This document shows, in pieces, positions 1 through 12,070 of a stretch of 64,000 nucleotides of DNA (the stretch's first letter is position 1; each line of letters opens with the position of its first letter). The stretch covers positions 9,249 through 73,248 of the forward strand of contig DDBW01000002.1 of the NCBI GenBank assembly GCA_002335495.1, written 5' to 3'. This stretch comes from Candidatus Dojkabacteria bacterium UBA2022 (GTDB lineage Bacteria; Patescibacteriota; Dojkabacteria; SC72). The translations under genes were made by a program, and so were the position numbers. The notes under the pieces were generated by a model. It searched no databases, was not told the origin of the DNA, and saw nothing but the letters and a program-made list of their open reading frames with translations.

Positions 1-124
1 TACTCTGACAATCATCCTCAATCAAAATATCAGGCAGGATTCGAACTGCAACATCTGCATAGCTTTCTAGTAAATTTCGAGAAGTGAGATTATCGGAGAG
101 TGGAAACCCGTACTTTAATAGAAC

Positions 125-364
125 TTACTTAATCAATTTAACCTGATCCCCTTTCCTGGATGTTAGATAGTAAACCTCGGCACCTCCTTCAGCCCAATTT
201 TTAACCTTATGCAGAGCCCCACCGTTTGGGACATACGATTTATAATCATGAACCGAATTTTCCTCTTCTATAACCTGCTTAATTCGCTCCACAGGAGATA
301 CATTTTCAGCTGCTTTATGCATCAAAATGGTACCCTCGGTAAATATTAAAATTCTCATAGCCAA
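125..364 (-). CDS. small hypothetical protein (79 aa)
   Basis: Intact ORF of 79 aa. No motif I recognise. Confidence 0.35.
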   Translation of the reverse strand: MAMRILIFTEGTILMHKAAENVSPVERIKQVIEEENSVHDYKSYVPNGGALHKVKNWAEGGAEVYYLTSRKGDQVKLIK

Positions 365-433
365 TTATACACCTACGAGATTACACAACCAGTTAATCGC
401 ATATGTAAACATCCTTTGATATAATTTCGGAAT

Positions 434-1129
434 ATGAATAAAGTAGGAATTATAGGCATAACTTCAGAAGGGGCCTCTATCTGTTATAAAACAGTGGTAT
501 CGGAATCCTCCAAAATCCTAGGAGGTTTCAACAATGTAGAAGTTGCTCTAGTCCAACCGAACTTTAATAGGATATTGGAAGCACAGAAGAGTAAGGATTG
601 GGATAAAGTAGCAGAAATCATCGTAGACTCAGGCAAGGAACTTGAAAAACTCGGAGTCACTAATATCATAATTCCAGCCAACTCAATCCACTTTGCTATC
701 AAACAGATACAAAAGCAACTTACTACGAAAGTAGTTAACCTCTTAGAGGTTGTGAAAGAAGTTTGCTTACGTAAGAACTACAAACGAGCACTAGTGTTAG
801 GCGTAGGCATAACCATGAGTGACCATTTATATAAAGAGGTACTAGAGAAGAACGGCATCGAGTATATGATACCCAGCGAGAAAGAGAGAGAGTTTCTTGA
901 TGAAATAATATACACAGAGCTCGTCAAAGGGGTTATAAATGGGGACTCCACAAAACAAATTCTTGAAACTATCCAAAACGGTAAAGAGAACTCCTGCGAC
1001 GTAGTAATACTCGCCTGCACAGAGCTACCAATGGTAATCAATGATACAAATTCTCCCCTACCAATAATTGATACAACTAGGGAACTCGCAATCGCTGCAT
1101 TAACTGAGGCTCACCACACAACACTCTAA
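434..1129 (+). CDS. Asp/Glu/hydantoin racemase family protein (aspartate racemase-like)
   Basis: 231 aa. N-terminal 'VGIIGITSEGAS' and C-terminal 'VVILACTELP' motifs are typical of the Asp/Glu racemase fold. Confidence 0.7.
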   Translation: MNKVGIIGITSEGASICYKTVVSESSKILGGFNNVEVALVQPNFNRILEAQKSKDWDKVAEIIVDSGKELEKLGVTNIIIPANSIHFAIKQIQKQLTTKVVNLLEVVKEVCLRKNYKRALVLGVGITMSDHLYKEVLEKNGIEYMIPSEKEREFLDEIIYTELVKGVINGDSTKQILETIQNGKENSCDVVILACTELPMVINDTNSPLPIIDTTRELAIAALTEAHHTTL

Positions 1130-1300
1130 CGTAGGATTTAGCGACGCAAATAGTCGTAGAAAGTTTCGAGCAAACGGGGGAAGAAAGAGATGAATCCGGC
1201 TTTACATACTTCCCAACTCACCGGGTCCTTAAAACGGCCTAGTTATTTACACCTCCCTACTCTAGTGCTACCATTCGAATATATTTATCATCATATTTAT

Positions 1301-2023
1301 ATGAAGAAGTTTTTCATATTTCTCGCCGTCTTTCTTTTCATCTTAGCTATCATTATTTTTGCAGGAGCCGCCTACCTTGGCTTCATACCATCCCTCTCGG
1401 ATAAAACTATAAAAAGAGTCGATCTTGGTGTAAAAAATAACCCAAAGCTAAACCAAGAATTAGCAAAAGAAGTAGGATTTACAAACAACATATCGACCTT
1501 AAAAAACCCAACGAAGAGCGATTTCAGATATGAAGGGAAACTCGATATTGAAAGAACTGTAACCTCAGAGCAGGTCACTTCACAGTTTAATGCAATGAGT
1601 AAAGAATCATACTACACCCCATTCACGAATGTGCAGGTCCGATTTAACCCAGACGGAACAACAGAAACAAGTCTAGATCTTGATATAGACCTGGTCACAG
1701 AAGTTGCAAAACAATTAGGATACTCCCAAAGCGACATCGATAAAGCAAAGCAATACGTAAATATCCTAACGCCTAAAGTATACCTATACTCTAAATTCAG
1801 TACAGAAGTAACAAACAACCAAATTACAATTAACCCAAACTCCCTTCAAATCCAAAATATTAATATCCCTGAACAGTTCTTAAGTCCAATCGCAGATGTA
1901 GTTATCTCAATAGTAGAAACTAAGATGAATACAATTCCCAATCTAAACGTAGAGAGTCTAAAGCAAGAAGGTGATAAAATGATATTTAAAGGTACAATAC
2001 CTCAATCAATAAGTATTAAATGA
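1301..2023 (+). CDS. membrane-anchored hypothetical protein
   Basis: The ORF opens at 1190, but the in-frame ATG at 1301 gives an 'MKKFFIFLAVFLFILAIIIFAGAAYLG' signal-anchor, so the real start is probably there. The rest is Thr/Asn-rich and predicted extracytoplasmic. Confidence 0.45.
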   Translation: MKKFFIFLAVFLFILAIIIFAGAAYLGFIPSLSDKTIKRVDLGVKNNPKLNQELAKEVGFTNNISTLKNPTKSDFRYEGKLDIERTVTSEQVTSQFNAMSKESYYTPFTNVQVRFNPDGTTETSLDLDIDLVTEVAKQLGYSQSDIDKAKQYVNILTPKVYLYSKFSTEVTNNQITINPNSLQIQNINIPEQFLSPIADVVISIVETKMNTIPNLNVESLKQEGDKMIFKGTIPQSISIK

Positions 2024-2520
2024 AAAATATATTCACAATAGAATCACTATCAGAGTTCGCACAAATATATACGAAACTCGTAAAATTAGAATTACAACGA
2101 CTTGAAATAAACGAAGAAGAACTTACTCCTGATCACTACGGAGCATTCGTAGGTAGCAAAGAGGAGTTTGACTCTACTTCAGAACAACTCCTAACCTTCT
2201 CAACCTTGATTAAGGAGATTACCCTTCACAACAGAAGAGTTCGAGTATTCAAACTAAACAATCCTCTTCCAGGTATATACTCAATCCCTAAGATTGAAAT
2301 CTTCGAACCAAAACCTGAAGCAGATCTTAAAAAGGAGAGGTTTGGAATAGAGCATATTGCTTTTAAAGTAAAAGATTTTGATACTTTTATAAAATCTATA
2401 GACCCTTCAATATTAGCCAAGCAAGGAGAAGTTGGGAATTCAAAATTCGCAAAGACCAAAACTTTTAACCTAGTTGAGATAGAATTTAGAAGCGATTCAT
2501 TAGGAGAAGAAAATGACTAA
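2020..2520 (+). CDS. hypothetical protein, possibly VOC/glyoxalase-like fold
   Basis: 166 aa. 'GIEHIAFKVKDFD' resembles a VOC-domain beta-strand motif. This is a weak call. The start overlaps the upstream stop by 4 nt, which suggests an operon. Confidence 0.35.
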   Translation: MKNIFTIESLSEFAQIYTKLVKLELQRLEINEEELTPDHYGAFVGSKEEFDSTSEQLLTFSTLIKEITLHNRRVRVFKLNNPLPGIYSIPKIEIFEPKPEADLKKERFGIEHIAFKVKDFDTFIKSIDPSILAKQGEVGNSKFAKTKTFNLVEIEFRSDSLGEEND

Positions 2521-3229
2521 CTACCTCGACAAATTTCAGTCAAAACAACCATTAAATGTAGTATGCATTGGGGATAGCACAACCTCCCAAGAGTGGTGCC
2601 ATCCAAACTGGATAGATTGGATAAACTTCAAGTTCAAACAATCAGATGACTACCCTGCTGGCGTAAACCGACAGATAATAAACTCAGGATACGATGGACA
2701 AAACATAGGATTCTTCCTCGATAACTTTGAAAAAACAATCTCCAAATTCCAACCCGACCTAGTAATATTATCCCTGGGATTTAATCACCTGGAAAACCTA
2801 GAAAACTTTGAAGAAGAAACAATTAGATTAATAAAGAGAATAAAAGAACTAGGAAGTGAAATTGCAATATGGTCCACATACGAAACAATTAACCCTAAAT
2901 ACTCATCTTCCCTTAAACAAGCCTCCAGAATCTACAGTAAAATCGCAGAACAAGAGAGATGCCTATTTATTGATATCTACAGCGAATTCAGGAAGTACCA
3001 CCTTGAAAAACTCTTTACATTCGTACATCAATGGGAAAATACAGAGTGGGAAATGGAACCAGGTGAGATAGATTTCCTCCACTGCAACGAAATAGGCAAC
3101 CAGATTATTGCAGAGAAAGTACTAAGAGAAATCTTTAATACAGACCTCGATTTTGCCAAAGAGTGGATTAGCGAAAAAGGCCAAATGGGAACAATGATTC
3201 CACTAGATACCTCTAAATACCTACTATAA
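2513..3229 (+). CDS. SGNH/GDSL-family hydrolase
   Basis: Block I 'VVCIGDSTT', block III 'GFNHLEN', and a C-terminal D-x-x-H arrangement. Confidence 0.65.
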   Translation: MTNYLDKFQSKQPLNVVCIGDSTTSQEWCHPNWIDWINFKFKQSDDYPAGVNRQIINSGYDGQNIGFFLDNFEKTISKFQPDLVILSLGFNHLENLENFEEETIRLIKRIKELGSEIAIWSTYETINPKYSSSLKQASRIYSKIAEQERCLFIDIYSEFRKYHLEKLFTFVHQWENTEWEMEPGEIDFLHCNEIGNQIIAEKVLREIFNTDLDFAKEWISEKGQMGTMIPLDTSKYLL

Positions 3230-3288
3230 TCCGTTGAATATCTTTCATATAAATTATATCTTTAATAGATAATTTAAATATTTATTGT

Positions 3289-4056
3289 ATGAAAGATAAC
3301 CTTTCACCAAAGTCCCTCAAGAACTTTAACCTGTTCATGGGATTCATGCACTTTGTGCAGGCAGTCGCAATGCTCATCCTCGCCAAGGATTTTAAACTCC
3401 CGATCAATGTCGGATTCTTGAATTTTGATATAACCACTCAGTCCCTAGTACCAGCAACAGAAACAATCTTCGAACTTCCCCTCGTATGGCCAATCGCAGG
3501 ATTTCTCTTCCTATCAGCCCTTGCTCACCTAATAATCTCAACCGTGTACAATAAACAGTATAACGAGGATCTCGCAAATGGAATTAACAAAGCAAGATGG
3601 ATTGAGTACTCCCTCTCCGCATCAACAATGATGCTCGCAATAGCAATGTTGGTTGGAATATATGATCTAGGTTCCCTCGTAATGATATTCTCTTTGACCG
3701 CAGTAATGAATTTAATGGGATTGGTAATGGAGATCCACAATCAAACAACCAAGAAAACGAACTGGTTAAGCTATAACATAGGAGTTTTTGCCGGAGCAAT
3801 TCCTTGGTTGGTAATCGGACTATTCTTCTGGAGTGCATCAAAATATGGAACAGGAGAGATTCCAACCTTTGTATACTGGATCTATGTATCAATCTTCCTA
3901 TTCTTCAACTCCTTCGCAATCAATATGATATTGCAGTATAAAAAGGTAGGAGCATGGAACAACTACACATTCGGTGAAAGAGTCTATATAGTCCTCAGCT
4001 TGGTTGCTAAATCAGCTCTTGCATGGCAGGTATTCGCAGGAACCCTCAGACCTTAA
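3289..4056 (+). CDS. heliorhodopsin-like 7-TM retinal protein (candidate)
   Basis: 255 aa with 7 predicted TM helices. Contains '[10 protein letters not shown]' and '[21 protein letters not shown]' (Lys in TM7). I recall these as hallmark heliorhodopsin motifs, with the Schiff-base Lys in 'SLVAKS'. Recognised from memory only, not searched. Confidence 0.6.
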   Translation: MKDNLSPKSLKNFNLFMGFMHFVQAVAMLILAKDFKLPINVGFLNFDITTQSLVPATETIFELPLVWPIAGFLFLSALAHLIISTVYNKQYNEDLANGINKARWIEYSLSASTMMLAIAMLVGIYDLGSLVMIFSLTAVMNLMGLVMEIHNQTTKKTNWLSYNIGVFAGAIPWLVIGLFFWSASKYGTGEIPTFVYWIYVSIFLFFNSFAINMILQYKKVGAWNNYTFGERVYIVLSLVAKSALAWQVFAGTLRP

Positions 4057-4736
4057 GAGAGGGGTAAGTAATCAGGGATGGCATAACGAACCTCTTTGCA
4101 TACATCATCGTTATGCCCCTTGGTATGAACCACTACATAATCGATACTGCTGTTTTTGGCGCTCATAACTCCCGTAGGAGAATCCTCAAAAATGACTGCC
4201 TCACGAATATTTCCCCCCACTCTTTCCATTGCAGTTAAAAATATATCAGGAGCCGGTTTAGTGTTCTTAACATCTTCAACAAATACGAAAGCATCAAAAT
4301 ACATATCTAAGCCAGTATTTTTAAGAATCAAACTTGCAAACTCCCTTGCGTTAGACGTTCCCACAGCTAACTTTCCCCCACGCTCCTTTATCTTTTTCAA
4401 AAAGTCTTCAAGCCCACTTATTACCCTGACTACTTCCTGGAAATTATTTTCAAGCTGATACCTCTTCTTCGCCCTGTAATGAGTTACGGCAGAATCTACA
4501 TCATATGAGCTCCCGATACTATCAAAGTATTTTGTAAAACCACTCTTTGATCCACTACCGGCAAAATATTTAATATAATCCTGGTACGTAAGCTCCTTTT
4601 CTACAAGCTCCTTAACCGTATCACGAAAGCTCGTATAATTGAGCTCTTCCAAATCGACCATCGTCCCATCTAAATCAAAAAGAAAGAATTTTTTCGTAGA
4701 TAGCAAATTACGAACCTCTTCTAAAGGATAGTTCAT
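4053..4736 (-). CDS. HAD-superfamily hydrolase (beta-phosphoglucomutase-like subfamily IA)
   Basis: Motif I '[11 protein letters not shown]', motif III K, motif IV 'FEDSPTG'. Confidence 0.7.
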   Translation of the reverse strand: MNYPLEEVRNLLSTKKFFLFDLDGTMVDLEELNYTSFRDTVKELVEKELTYQDYIKYFAGSGSKSGFTKYFDSIGSSYDVDSAVTHYRAKKRYQLENNFQEVVRVISGLEDFLKKIKERGGKLAVGTSNAREFASLILKNTGLDMYFDAFVFVEDVKNTKPAPDIFLTAMERVGGNIREAVIFEDSPTGVMSAKNSSIDYVVVHTKGHNDDVCKEVRYAIPDYLPLS

Positions 4737-4756
4737 TTTCGGGTATACAGAACATA

Positions 4757-7700
4757 TTATTTCTTACGAACAGTGATATCTTTAGCCACCACCTTATCGC
4801 TTTTATCTCCAATATTGATAACACTGGATCCGCCATCAAACTTCATCGCTTTATAATCACTTGAGGTGACAACCAACTCATAGGCTCCAGGATACATAAC
4901 AAATCTATACCTACCAGAAGCATCCGTGACTCTCTTTGCGACAAACCTATCAAACTTCAATTCCTTAAGAGCAACTTCGACGTTAGCAACAGGCTTTCCT
5001 TTTACATCCCTCACGTATCCATATTTACTCTGCTGTCCAAATATTGATTTGAAGAGCATCATAAAGGCAGGCACATAGAATGCTAGAACAACCCAGTTGA
5101 GCAAGGTTGGGAACTTAAGAATAGTATAAACAGCAAGAATTATACCTCCGACAAAAATCAATGCGTGTAGAACCTTAAACAGAGTATTTATGGTAGTTCT
5201 AGTAGAGACCGCCAGAGCACTAAACTTGTTAACATCCGTTGGATCAATTGGAATTAAGACTTTGATATCAGTCTTTTGAGACATCTTAAATAGATCTCCC
5301 TTATAAATAGGTTCCAAAGGGTAATCAACAAGCCCTTTAATAATCTCTGTTGGATAGGTAAAGCCAGCTTTTTTAACAAGAATCTTATACTGTCCCTTTG
5401 GAAGCTCTGCATTGAAGGAACCGTAGACATCTGTAACATCAGTCCACACCAATCTATCGTTAGTATCGTATATTCTTACAATAGCTCTTGATACAGGCTC
5501 TTTACTCACTGAGTTATACACATATCCATACGGCTTACCTTTCTTTCTAAAACCTAAGAAGGACAATACTCCCAAGAAAAATTGGGTAATCATATACGGA
5601 ACGGTTGAGAAACCTCCTCCAACAGCTGCAAGTCCAACCGTTACAGTTGCAGCAGTAGCTGTTGTAGCAACAGCGGTTAACTGAGGCTCTTCCAACTCCC
5701 CAACAACGCTGTTATCTAGAGCAATTTTAACTCCATCTATCGCAGCGGTAGCCTGCTGAGGTACGGCGACGACCAGATTTGCGGCTCCATTAACAACAGC
5801 ATTAACAGTTTGATTTGGAGTGTTGATAACAACAACAGGTTCTGGAGTAGGATTGTCAGGATTCTCTTCCCCTTCACCATCCTCATCAGGAACGTTATCG
5901 GTAGGTTCCTTAATAACCTCTCCATCAGTATCAATCTTCTCCCCTAGTCCACCTGTACCGGTAAGGCCCGACACAACCCAATAGCTAACTGAGTCTATAA
6001 CCGCTATAGATACAGTAATTGGTTTGCCCTCTACATCAATGGTCTGAGGGAACGGACCGGCAAATACAACGCTACCTGCACAATCGCTATTAACTTGATC
6101 AATCTCCTCTGCCTTAGTACACAACTTGAATCTGTTAGTATCGCCCTTCTCCACATACATGGAGTACGTGCCTTTGTACCCTGAGTTCTCACTCATTTTA
6201 ACAACCACTCTTCCTGACTGACTTTCGATAACAACTCCGTTCCAATCTCTGTTCTGAGAGAATTCAACAGGGATATCAGCGAGAATCTTTCCGTCCTTCA
6301 TAACCCTAACATCCTGCAAACCTCTCTGTCCTCCTAAATCTTTACTTGGGTCAACTGCATTATTACTCCTTAAAGCAATAGCCAAACCAGCCGGCACATT
6401 TTCGATAATTGCATTGGTTCCATAAGTTCTTCTTGCTCCTAAACCTGTAATTACACCCGCACCGTTTCTGGCGTTCACCCTGAATGAGTAGTCTGTAACA
6501 GGAGTAAGACCTAAGACAAGAACCCCGTTATCTCCTCCAAACTCTGTGTATGTTCCCCATACCTGCTGCGCAACCAATAAGCCAGTTCTGAAGTCTACAT
6601 ATCGCTGCTGAGACTCTTCGTAAATGGAGTAAACAACAGAAGGATCGTTTTGAACACGATTAATTCTAATTCTTGCTGATCTCAAGGTAATAGGAGTGAT
6701 ATCTCCAATTCCTGGAATTCCTGCAACTGCATGAGCAACAAAACTAGAAGATGTCGAAGTTTCAATCTGGTTTCCATTTCTTGCTTTTGCAATTAACTCA
6801 ACCCTTGCTCCAGCAGTTAATCCCGATAACACAATTCCATTAGCGCCACCAAAATCAGCTAATGTTCCCCATACTACAGATGTTGTAAAGGAACCGGTCC
6901 GAGGATCAAGATATCTATTTGTGACTAAATCAAACACACTGTATTGAGTAGAAGCAGGGTTGCTATTTGATGACAACCTAACAACAAGGTTATTTGATGC
7001 ATTCGTGGATACGTAAACTCTACCCGGTACATTTGCAAGAGTGAATAGCTTAGATGAAGTAGATGCAGCCGTCTCTATTCCCTGGTTATTCCTAGATACT
7101 ACCTGATACTCATACTCATTATTCAATGCTAATCCGTTTACAGAAACGCCTTCTGTACTACCCCACTGAGCATATGTTCCCCAAACAGGAGAGTCCTGCC
7201 AGAGTCCATTTGAGTAGTTAAAGTATTTAGAACTTTTTACATCTCGCAGGGAGAATGTTGTAATTGCAGGATTTCCTCCATTATCAACCACAACCTTCAA
7301 ACGAGAGTCTGAAAGGGCGGTCAAGGTTGGAGCCGCAGTAGTAACCGCTAAGGTGTAAATTGTAGACTGGGATGAAGCACTGGTGATAGTATCCTCACCA
7401 TCTTTAGCAACAACTTCAAATATATATTCAGCATTAGCAAACAGCTCGTTTACAAAGACCCCATTTGATCCTCCTAGATCGTTGTATGTATACCAAACAT
7501 CACTATTCACTAACGTTCCATTAGCGTTATTCAAATTACCAACTCGAAGTCCAGACACAACCTCTCTTATCTGGAAAAGGGTATTCGTTGGGTTACCGTT
7601 ACTATTCAAAACTATCTTTACGGTAGTTGAGGAAGGAGCTTCTACAGAAGTAAACTGAGGCACAGATGCAGCTGTATATCTTGTTAATGTATCGCTATAA

Positions 7701-10700
7701 TCACCTCGACCGGTATTGTTATATGCAGCAATTTTTCTTGTGTACTGGGTATTAGGAGTCATGCCGTATTCAATACACGATGTAAGGTTTGTACCAACAC
7801 ACTCAGCAACCTGAACTCCGTCTGCATCGTAAACTCTGTAACCAAGTTCGTTATTCTCATTATCTGTGAAGTTCCACCTAATGGAAGTTTCAGACAGACG
7901 GGTAGCCGTTCCAATTGTTGGAGCCGCCAAGGAAGTACTGATATTAGATCCTACCCCAAAGGACGTCTCAACCTGGTTAGCATTTCGCGCCTTTGAAACA
8001 AACTCATATGTAGTTCCTGAGTCAAGACCAGAAATTAAGTATCCGGAACCAGATCCCCATTGAGCGTATGTCCCCCAAACGGCAGTATCACTTTCATTAC
8101 CCGTATTAAAATCTATATACTTACTTCGTGTACTGTTGTATAGAGCAAACTCAGTGGCAGCAGGATTACCGTTTGGATCAAGCACCACATTCAATGATGT
8201 GACTCCAACAGAATCTGTGGTTACACTTCCAGGAATATTGGCTAGTGTGTAAAGAGATTGAGAACCAGAGAAACTACTGTTAATGTTCTCCAAGTTCCTT
8301 GCAACTGATGAGAAACTATATGAAGAGTTTGGGCTCAAAGCCGTTACTCCAAATCCTGTTACCCCACCCCACTGTGCATAGGTAGCCCAACTTGGTGAAG
8401 CTTGCAAAACTCCGCTGGTACTATTCACATATTGACCAGATCCATTCTCTCTTATGGCAAATTCAGTATTAGAAGGATTGCCTCCATTGCCAATGGTTAC
8501 AATAAGTACGGTTGCAGAGCTATTTTGGACATCTTCAATTGTTGGAGTACTGGCAAGGGTGAATCCAGAAGTTTGGGCAGAGTATGCAGTTTCAACCCCA
8601 TCACTGTTTCTTGCTTTAACCTCGTACACGTATTCAGTATTGGAACTAAGGGAAGTAATATCAATACCCTCTGCTCCTCCGAAATCTGCATATGTCGCCC
8701 AAACAGGATTATCTACCAACGTTCCAGTACTATCGTCTACATATTTATTAGCATTAACATCCCTAAGAACATACTCAGTTGTTGAAGGATTACCTTCTGT
8801 TGCCAAAACGACCTTTAAGGAAGTTGGTGTTAAGCCATCAACAGACTCAATGCTAGGAACAACGGCATGAGTATATACACTTGAAACTGGGCTGAAGGAG
8901 GTTTCTACATTCTCGCTATTCCTTGCTTTAACTTTAAGAGAGTACTGTGTATTGGCTTGAAGGTTATTAACTAAGAAATCAGTCCCGGTTGATACATATT
9001 CAAACCAATATGGAGAAGCAACTAACTCCCCTGTCTGACTATTGTAATAGTATCCAGTAGTTTCATCCTGAATCAAAACTTCCGTTCCTCCAGGATTGCC
9101 ATTCATAGACAGGTTGAAAGAGACTCTTCCTTGAGTACCGGCAATTCCAACTACAGATGGAACAGAAGCATGAGTAACAGCAGATTGAGTTGATGAAGCC
9201 GCACTCTCCGTGTTAGCGTTATATGCCTTAACATATCTTGTATAGGAAGTATTTGCGTTTAAGCTAGTTTCATCACAATACGATAGGTTAACCCCTACAC
9301 ATGTAGCAACTAGGTCCCCGTTTCCATTATAGACCTTGAAACCCTCTTCGTTATTTCCTGTATCCGTAAAATTCCATCGAATACTTTGATTTGAGAGAAC
9401 CTGAGGCGCGGAAATCGTTGGAGTTTTAAGTAGTGTATAAACCGAAGTAGACGCTCCATCGGCAGTAACAACATCATTTGAGTTTTTAGCAACAGCAAGA
9501 AGAGTGTGTTGTATACCCTCTTCCAAACCACTAACAAGTACTCCTCCCCCGGTATTCCATGTGTCAAAATCTGCCCAAACTGGAGTGACAGAAAGAGTTC
9601 CATTTGTAGGGTTTATATAATTAGATCCATTATACTTAACCGCATAGAGGACCGATGTTGGATTCCCATTGGTATTTTCATTAAGAGAAACTCGTAAGGT
9701 ATTAGTACCTATATCTGTTATTGCAGGTGCTAGAGGAACAGCAGCATATGAATTTGTGACAAGGGCAGAGGATATTGCAGTTTCAACCCCATCTCCGTTG
9801 CGAGCCTTTGCTGTAATGGAGACCTGGGTATTAGGCGTTAAACCTGAAAATGTATTCTGACTCCCTGATACCCATCCAGCAGGAGCAACACAACCAGTGC
9901 AGTAATAGAAGATACCACTCTGACCAGAAGATAAGTTAGGAATATTATTAACTTCTACGGTTACCGATGAAGAGTTCGCAGACGCGACATTTATTTCTGG
10001 AACATCTGCATAGGTATAGTTACTAACCGTTAAGGAATATGCGGTTTCGGCACCATCTCCATTTCGAGCCTTAACTTGGAAGGTGTATTGGGTATTCTGA
10101 GTCAAAGAGGTAACATTTGCGGTCGTATTTGTAGTCCAAGTCTCAACTCCGGTCTCACATCCTACAACAGTGCAATCAATGAATACAGCACTAGAGCCTG
10201 CACCTAGGTTGGTTGTACCAGTAACAGATAGAGCCATCGAATTACCGTTAACAGAGGTAATCGATACCGCTGGGACGCTGGTTTCAGTATATCGCGAGAC
10301 AGCACTTGATTGTAGACTATCTCCATTATTATTATATGCGACGATATATCTTGTGTATTGAGTATTTGCCTGTAGACCAGTTTCATCACAGTATGTAAGA
10401 TTTTCACCTACACATGTAGCCTTAACTTCTCCTAATCCATCTAACACCTTGAAACCGACTTCATTATTAGCATTATCAACAAAGTTCCACCTTATACTAC
10501 TTGTACTCAAAGCCTGGGCTGGTACCGCAGTAGGAGCAGCGGGAGCATTAGACTCCTCATATCCAATAGATGCCGTTATAGAATCGGTAGCATTATTTTT
10601 CTTTTGCCCAAAAATAACGTCTGTATAGGTAGGAATATTTGAACCCGCGACAGTATTGGCGACCATTGTATGAGCATGATAAGACGAAGACAGCGTACCC

Positions 10701-11992
10701 TCATTCAGGCTATTCCTAGGGTGTCGACCTCCAACATAAGTGCTTAATATAACCGTTAATGAATGAGTATGTGTACCAGCACCTCCAGTTGCTCCATATG
10801 TAGAAGCTCCTCTTGGAAACCTTGAGTCAAGAGAAGTAAAACGCGTCCAACCAAGCGGAGGTAATACCGTGACGGGAGTAATCATACTACCCGGGGCAAC
10901 ACCATTTGAGTTAATAGAACCATAAATAATATTTAGATAAGGGGGAGTATTTGTTGCAGCAGCTGTAGTCCCCGAAAGAGAAGTGTGAGAATGACCTTCC
11001 CAGGCTCCATCCCCCCCTCCATCGGCGCCTGCGGAGCAAGCACCACTAGAACCCGCCGTCGAGTACCCTCCCGCGTAAGGATGAGTATGCGTATCACTTC
11101 CACCAGTTGTCCCATATGTAGCCGCCCCTCTTGGAAATCTTCCATCTAATGCAGTAACTCTTGTCCAACCCACAGGGACAGAAGTATTAAAGATTCCTAT
11201 TGCCCCTGAGCTTAAATTAAGGTTAGAGGCCTGACAAAAAACAGTACCTACGTAAGGAGGAACTATGCTAGTATTATTAGTATCGACTCTCACTCCACTG
11301 TGCCCTTCAACAGAAGAAAGAACGCTATTACAAGCAGCAGTATTTGTAGTTGATGTTGCCGTCGGACCGCCAGAAGTCCCCGTCACTGAGCCGTGATTAT
11401 GAGTATCGACCCCTCCCGTGGCTCCATAACTAACTGCTCCCCGAATGAACCTATTATCAAGTGCAGATACCCTTGTCCAACCCACGGGGCAGGAGGTACC
11501 GCTCATTACAATAAACTGGCCCGCCCACGCCTGCTGAGCGTTAGTGGCAGACGCATTTCCGTAATAAATATAAATTTGCTTTCCTCCACTGGGTAGACTT
11601 GGAACTCTTACCCACACTTGAGTAGTCACTGTATTACATCCTCCTTCAACCCAGTACGAAAGAGTTGTACTATCGTCACTATCAACAAATCTTATGTCAT
11701 CACAGTCATTTTGAATTTTCCCTGCAGCAACTAACGAGGAGGTATCAATACTCACTAATACATCATAATTAGACTTCGAAGTACCTGGATTCGCAACCGT
11801 AATTGGCTTTCTATACTCCCACGAACTGTTGTACCAAGACTGAGCAGGAGTAATGAAGTGATCTAAGAGTAAAATAGTGACTGGGGTAACCACAACTACA
11901 AGAAAAAGCATTAAAAAAGAGATCCATCTAGGCGCTCTTTTCACCTTTTCTGATAGCAAAGATACTATCTGAGGACTAGATTGATTGTTCAC
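4757..11992 (-). CDS. giant membrane-anchored surface protein (2411 aa)
   Basis: A single 7.2-kb ORF. Order of parts: N-terminal TM; DUF2341-like segment ('WEYRKPITV...DIRFVD...QVWVRVPSL...IYIYYGN'); three repeats of 'GWTRV.ALD.RF.RGA..YG.TGG.DTHTH...PPY..IIYG' resembling the phage tail-collar/MdpB domain; about 20 FN3-like modules including three near-identical '[18 protein letters not shown]' modules; C-terminal TM helices alternating with two CarboxypepD_reg-like beta-sandwich segments ('[22 protein letters not shown]', '[19 protein letters not shown]'). Confidence 0.85.
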   Translation of the reverse strand: MNNQSSPQIVSLLSEKVKRAPRWISFLMLFLVVVVTPVTILLLDHFITPAQSWYNSSWEYRKPITVANPGTSKSNYDVLVSIDTSSLVAAGKIQNDCDDIRFVDSDDSTTLSYWVEGGCNTVTTQVWVRVPSLPSGGKQIYIYYGNASATNAQQAWAGQFIVMSGTSCPVGWTRVSALDNRFIRGAVSYGATGGVDTHNHGSVTGTSGGPTATSTTNTAACNSVLSSVEGHSGVRVDTNNTSIVPPYVGTVFCQASNLNLSSGAIGIFNTSVPVGWTRVTALDGRFPRGAATYGTTGGSDTHTHPYAGGYSTAGSSGACSAGADGGGDGAWEGHSHTSLSGTTAAATNTPPYLNIIYGSINSNGVAPGSMITPVTVLPPLGWTRFTSLDSRFPRGASTYGATGGAGTHTHSLTVILSTYVGGRHPRNSLNEGTLSSSYHAHTMVANTVAGSNIPTYTDVIFGQKKNNATDSITASIGYEESNAPAAPTAVPAQALSTSSIRWNFVDNANNEVGFKVLDGLGEVKATCVGENLTYCDETGLQANTQYTRYIVAYNNNGDSLQSSAVSRYTETSVPAVSITSVNGNSMALSVTGTTNLGAGSSAVFIDCTVVGCETGVETWTTNTTANVTSLTQNTQYTFQVKARNGDGAETAYSLTVSNYTYADVPEINVASANSSSVTVEVNNIPNLSSGQSGIFYYCTGCVAPAGWVSGSQNTFSGLTPNTQVSITAKARNGDGVETAISSALVTNSYAAVPLAPAITDIGTNTLRVSLNENTNGNPTSVLYAVKYNGSNYINPTNGTLSVTPVWADFDTWNTGGGVLVSGLEEGIQHTLLAVAKNSNDVVTADGASTSVYTLLKTPTISAPQVLSNQSIRWNFTDTGNNEEGFKVYNGNGDLVATCVGVNLSYCDETSLNANTSYTRYVKAYNANTESAASSTQSAVTHASVPSVVGIAGTQGRVSFNLSMNGNPGGTEVLIQDETTGYYYNSQTGELVASPYWFEYVSTGTDFLVNNLQANTQYSLKVKARNSENVETSFSPVSSVYTHAVVPSIESVDGLTPTSLKVVLATEGNPSTTEYVLRDVNANKYVDDSTGTLVDNPVWATYADFGGAEGIDITSLSSNTEYVYEVKARNSDGVETAYSAQTSGFTLASTPTIEDVQNSSATVLIVTIGNGGNPSNTEFAIRENGSGQYVNSTSGVLQASPSWATYAQWGGVTGFGVTALSPNSSYSFSSVARNLENINSSFSGSQSLYTLANIPGSVTTDSVGVTSLNVVLDPNGNPAATEFALYNSTRSKYIDFNTGNESDTAVWGTYAQWGSGSGYLISGLDSGTTYEFVSKARNANQVETSFGVGSNISTSLAAPTIGTATRLSETSIRWNFTDNENNELGYRVYDADGVQVAECVGTNLTSCIEYGMTPNTQYTRKIAAYNNTGRGDYSDTLTRYTAASVPQFTSVEAPSSTTVKIVLNSNGNPTNTLFQIREVVSGLRVGNLNNANGTLVNSDVWYTYNDLGGSNGVFVNELFANAEYIFEVVAKDGEDTITSASSQSTIYTLAVTTAAPTLTALSDSRLKVVVDNGGNPAITTFSLRDVKSSKYFNYSNGLWQDSPVWGTYAQWGSTEGVSVNGLALNNEYEYQVVSRNNQGIETAASTSSKLFTLANVPGRVYVSTNASNNLVVRLSSNSNPASTQYSVFDLVTNRYLDPRTGSFTTSVVWGTLADFGGANGIVLSGLTAGARVELIAKARNGNQIETSTSSSFVAHAVAGIPGIGDITPITLRSARIRINRVQNDPSVVYSIYEESQQRYVDFRTGLLVAQQVWGTYTEFGGDNGVLVLGLTPVTDYSFRVNARNGAGVITGLGARRTYGTNAIIENVPAGLAIALRSNNAVDPSKDLGGQRGLQDVRVMKDGKILADIPVEFSQNRDWNGVVIESQSGRVVVKMSENSGYKGTYSMYVEKGDTNRFKLCTKAEEIDQVNSDCAGSVVFAGPFPQTIDVEGKPITVSIAVIDSVSYWVVSGLTGTGGLGEKIDTDGEVIKEPTDNVPDEDGEGEENPDNPTPEPVVVINTPNQTVNAVVNGAANLVVAVPQQATAAIDGVKIALDNSVVGELEEPQLTAVATTATAATVTVGLAAVGGGFSTVPYMITQFFLGVLSFLGFRKKGKPYGYVYNSVSKEPVSRAIVRIYDTNDRLVWTDVTDVYGSFNAELPKGQYKILVKKAGFTYPTEIIKGLVDYPLEPIYKGDLFKMSQKTDIKVLIPIDPTDVNKFSALAVSTRTTINTLFKVLHALIFVGGIILAVYTILKFPTLLNWVVLAFYVPAFMMLFKSIFGQQSKYGYVRDVKGKPVANVEVALKELKFDRFVAKRVTDASGRYRFVMYPGAYELVVTSSDYKAMKFDGGSSVINIGDKSDKVVAKDITVRKK

Positions 11993-12070
11993 CGCATTTT
12001 ATTTGTTATATATAACCTACTAGTAATTTAGAAACTTTACCTAGTGAAGTCAACAAATAAAAACTATAGC

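Noticed and set aside
20-110. tRNA-like 'GGATTCGAACTGC' T-arm-like motif near the window start
   Set aside because: I could not build a cloverleaf: no complementary T-stem, acceptor stem or anticodon arm. Probably coincidental within the tail of a truncated gene.
8402-8870. Several 60-140-aa ORFs on the + strand between 7383 and 11596
   Set aside because: All lie antisense within the giant gene, whose sense frame is continuous for 7.2 kb with a coherent domain structure.
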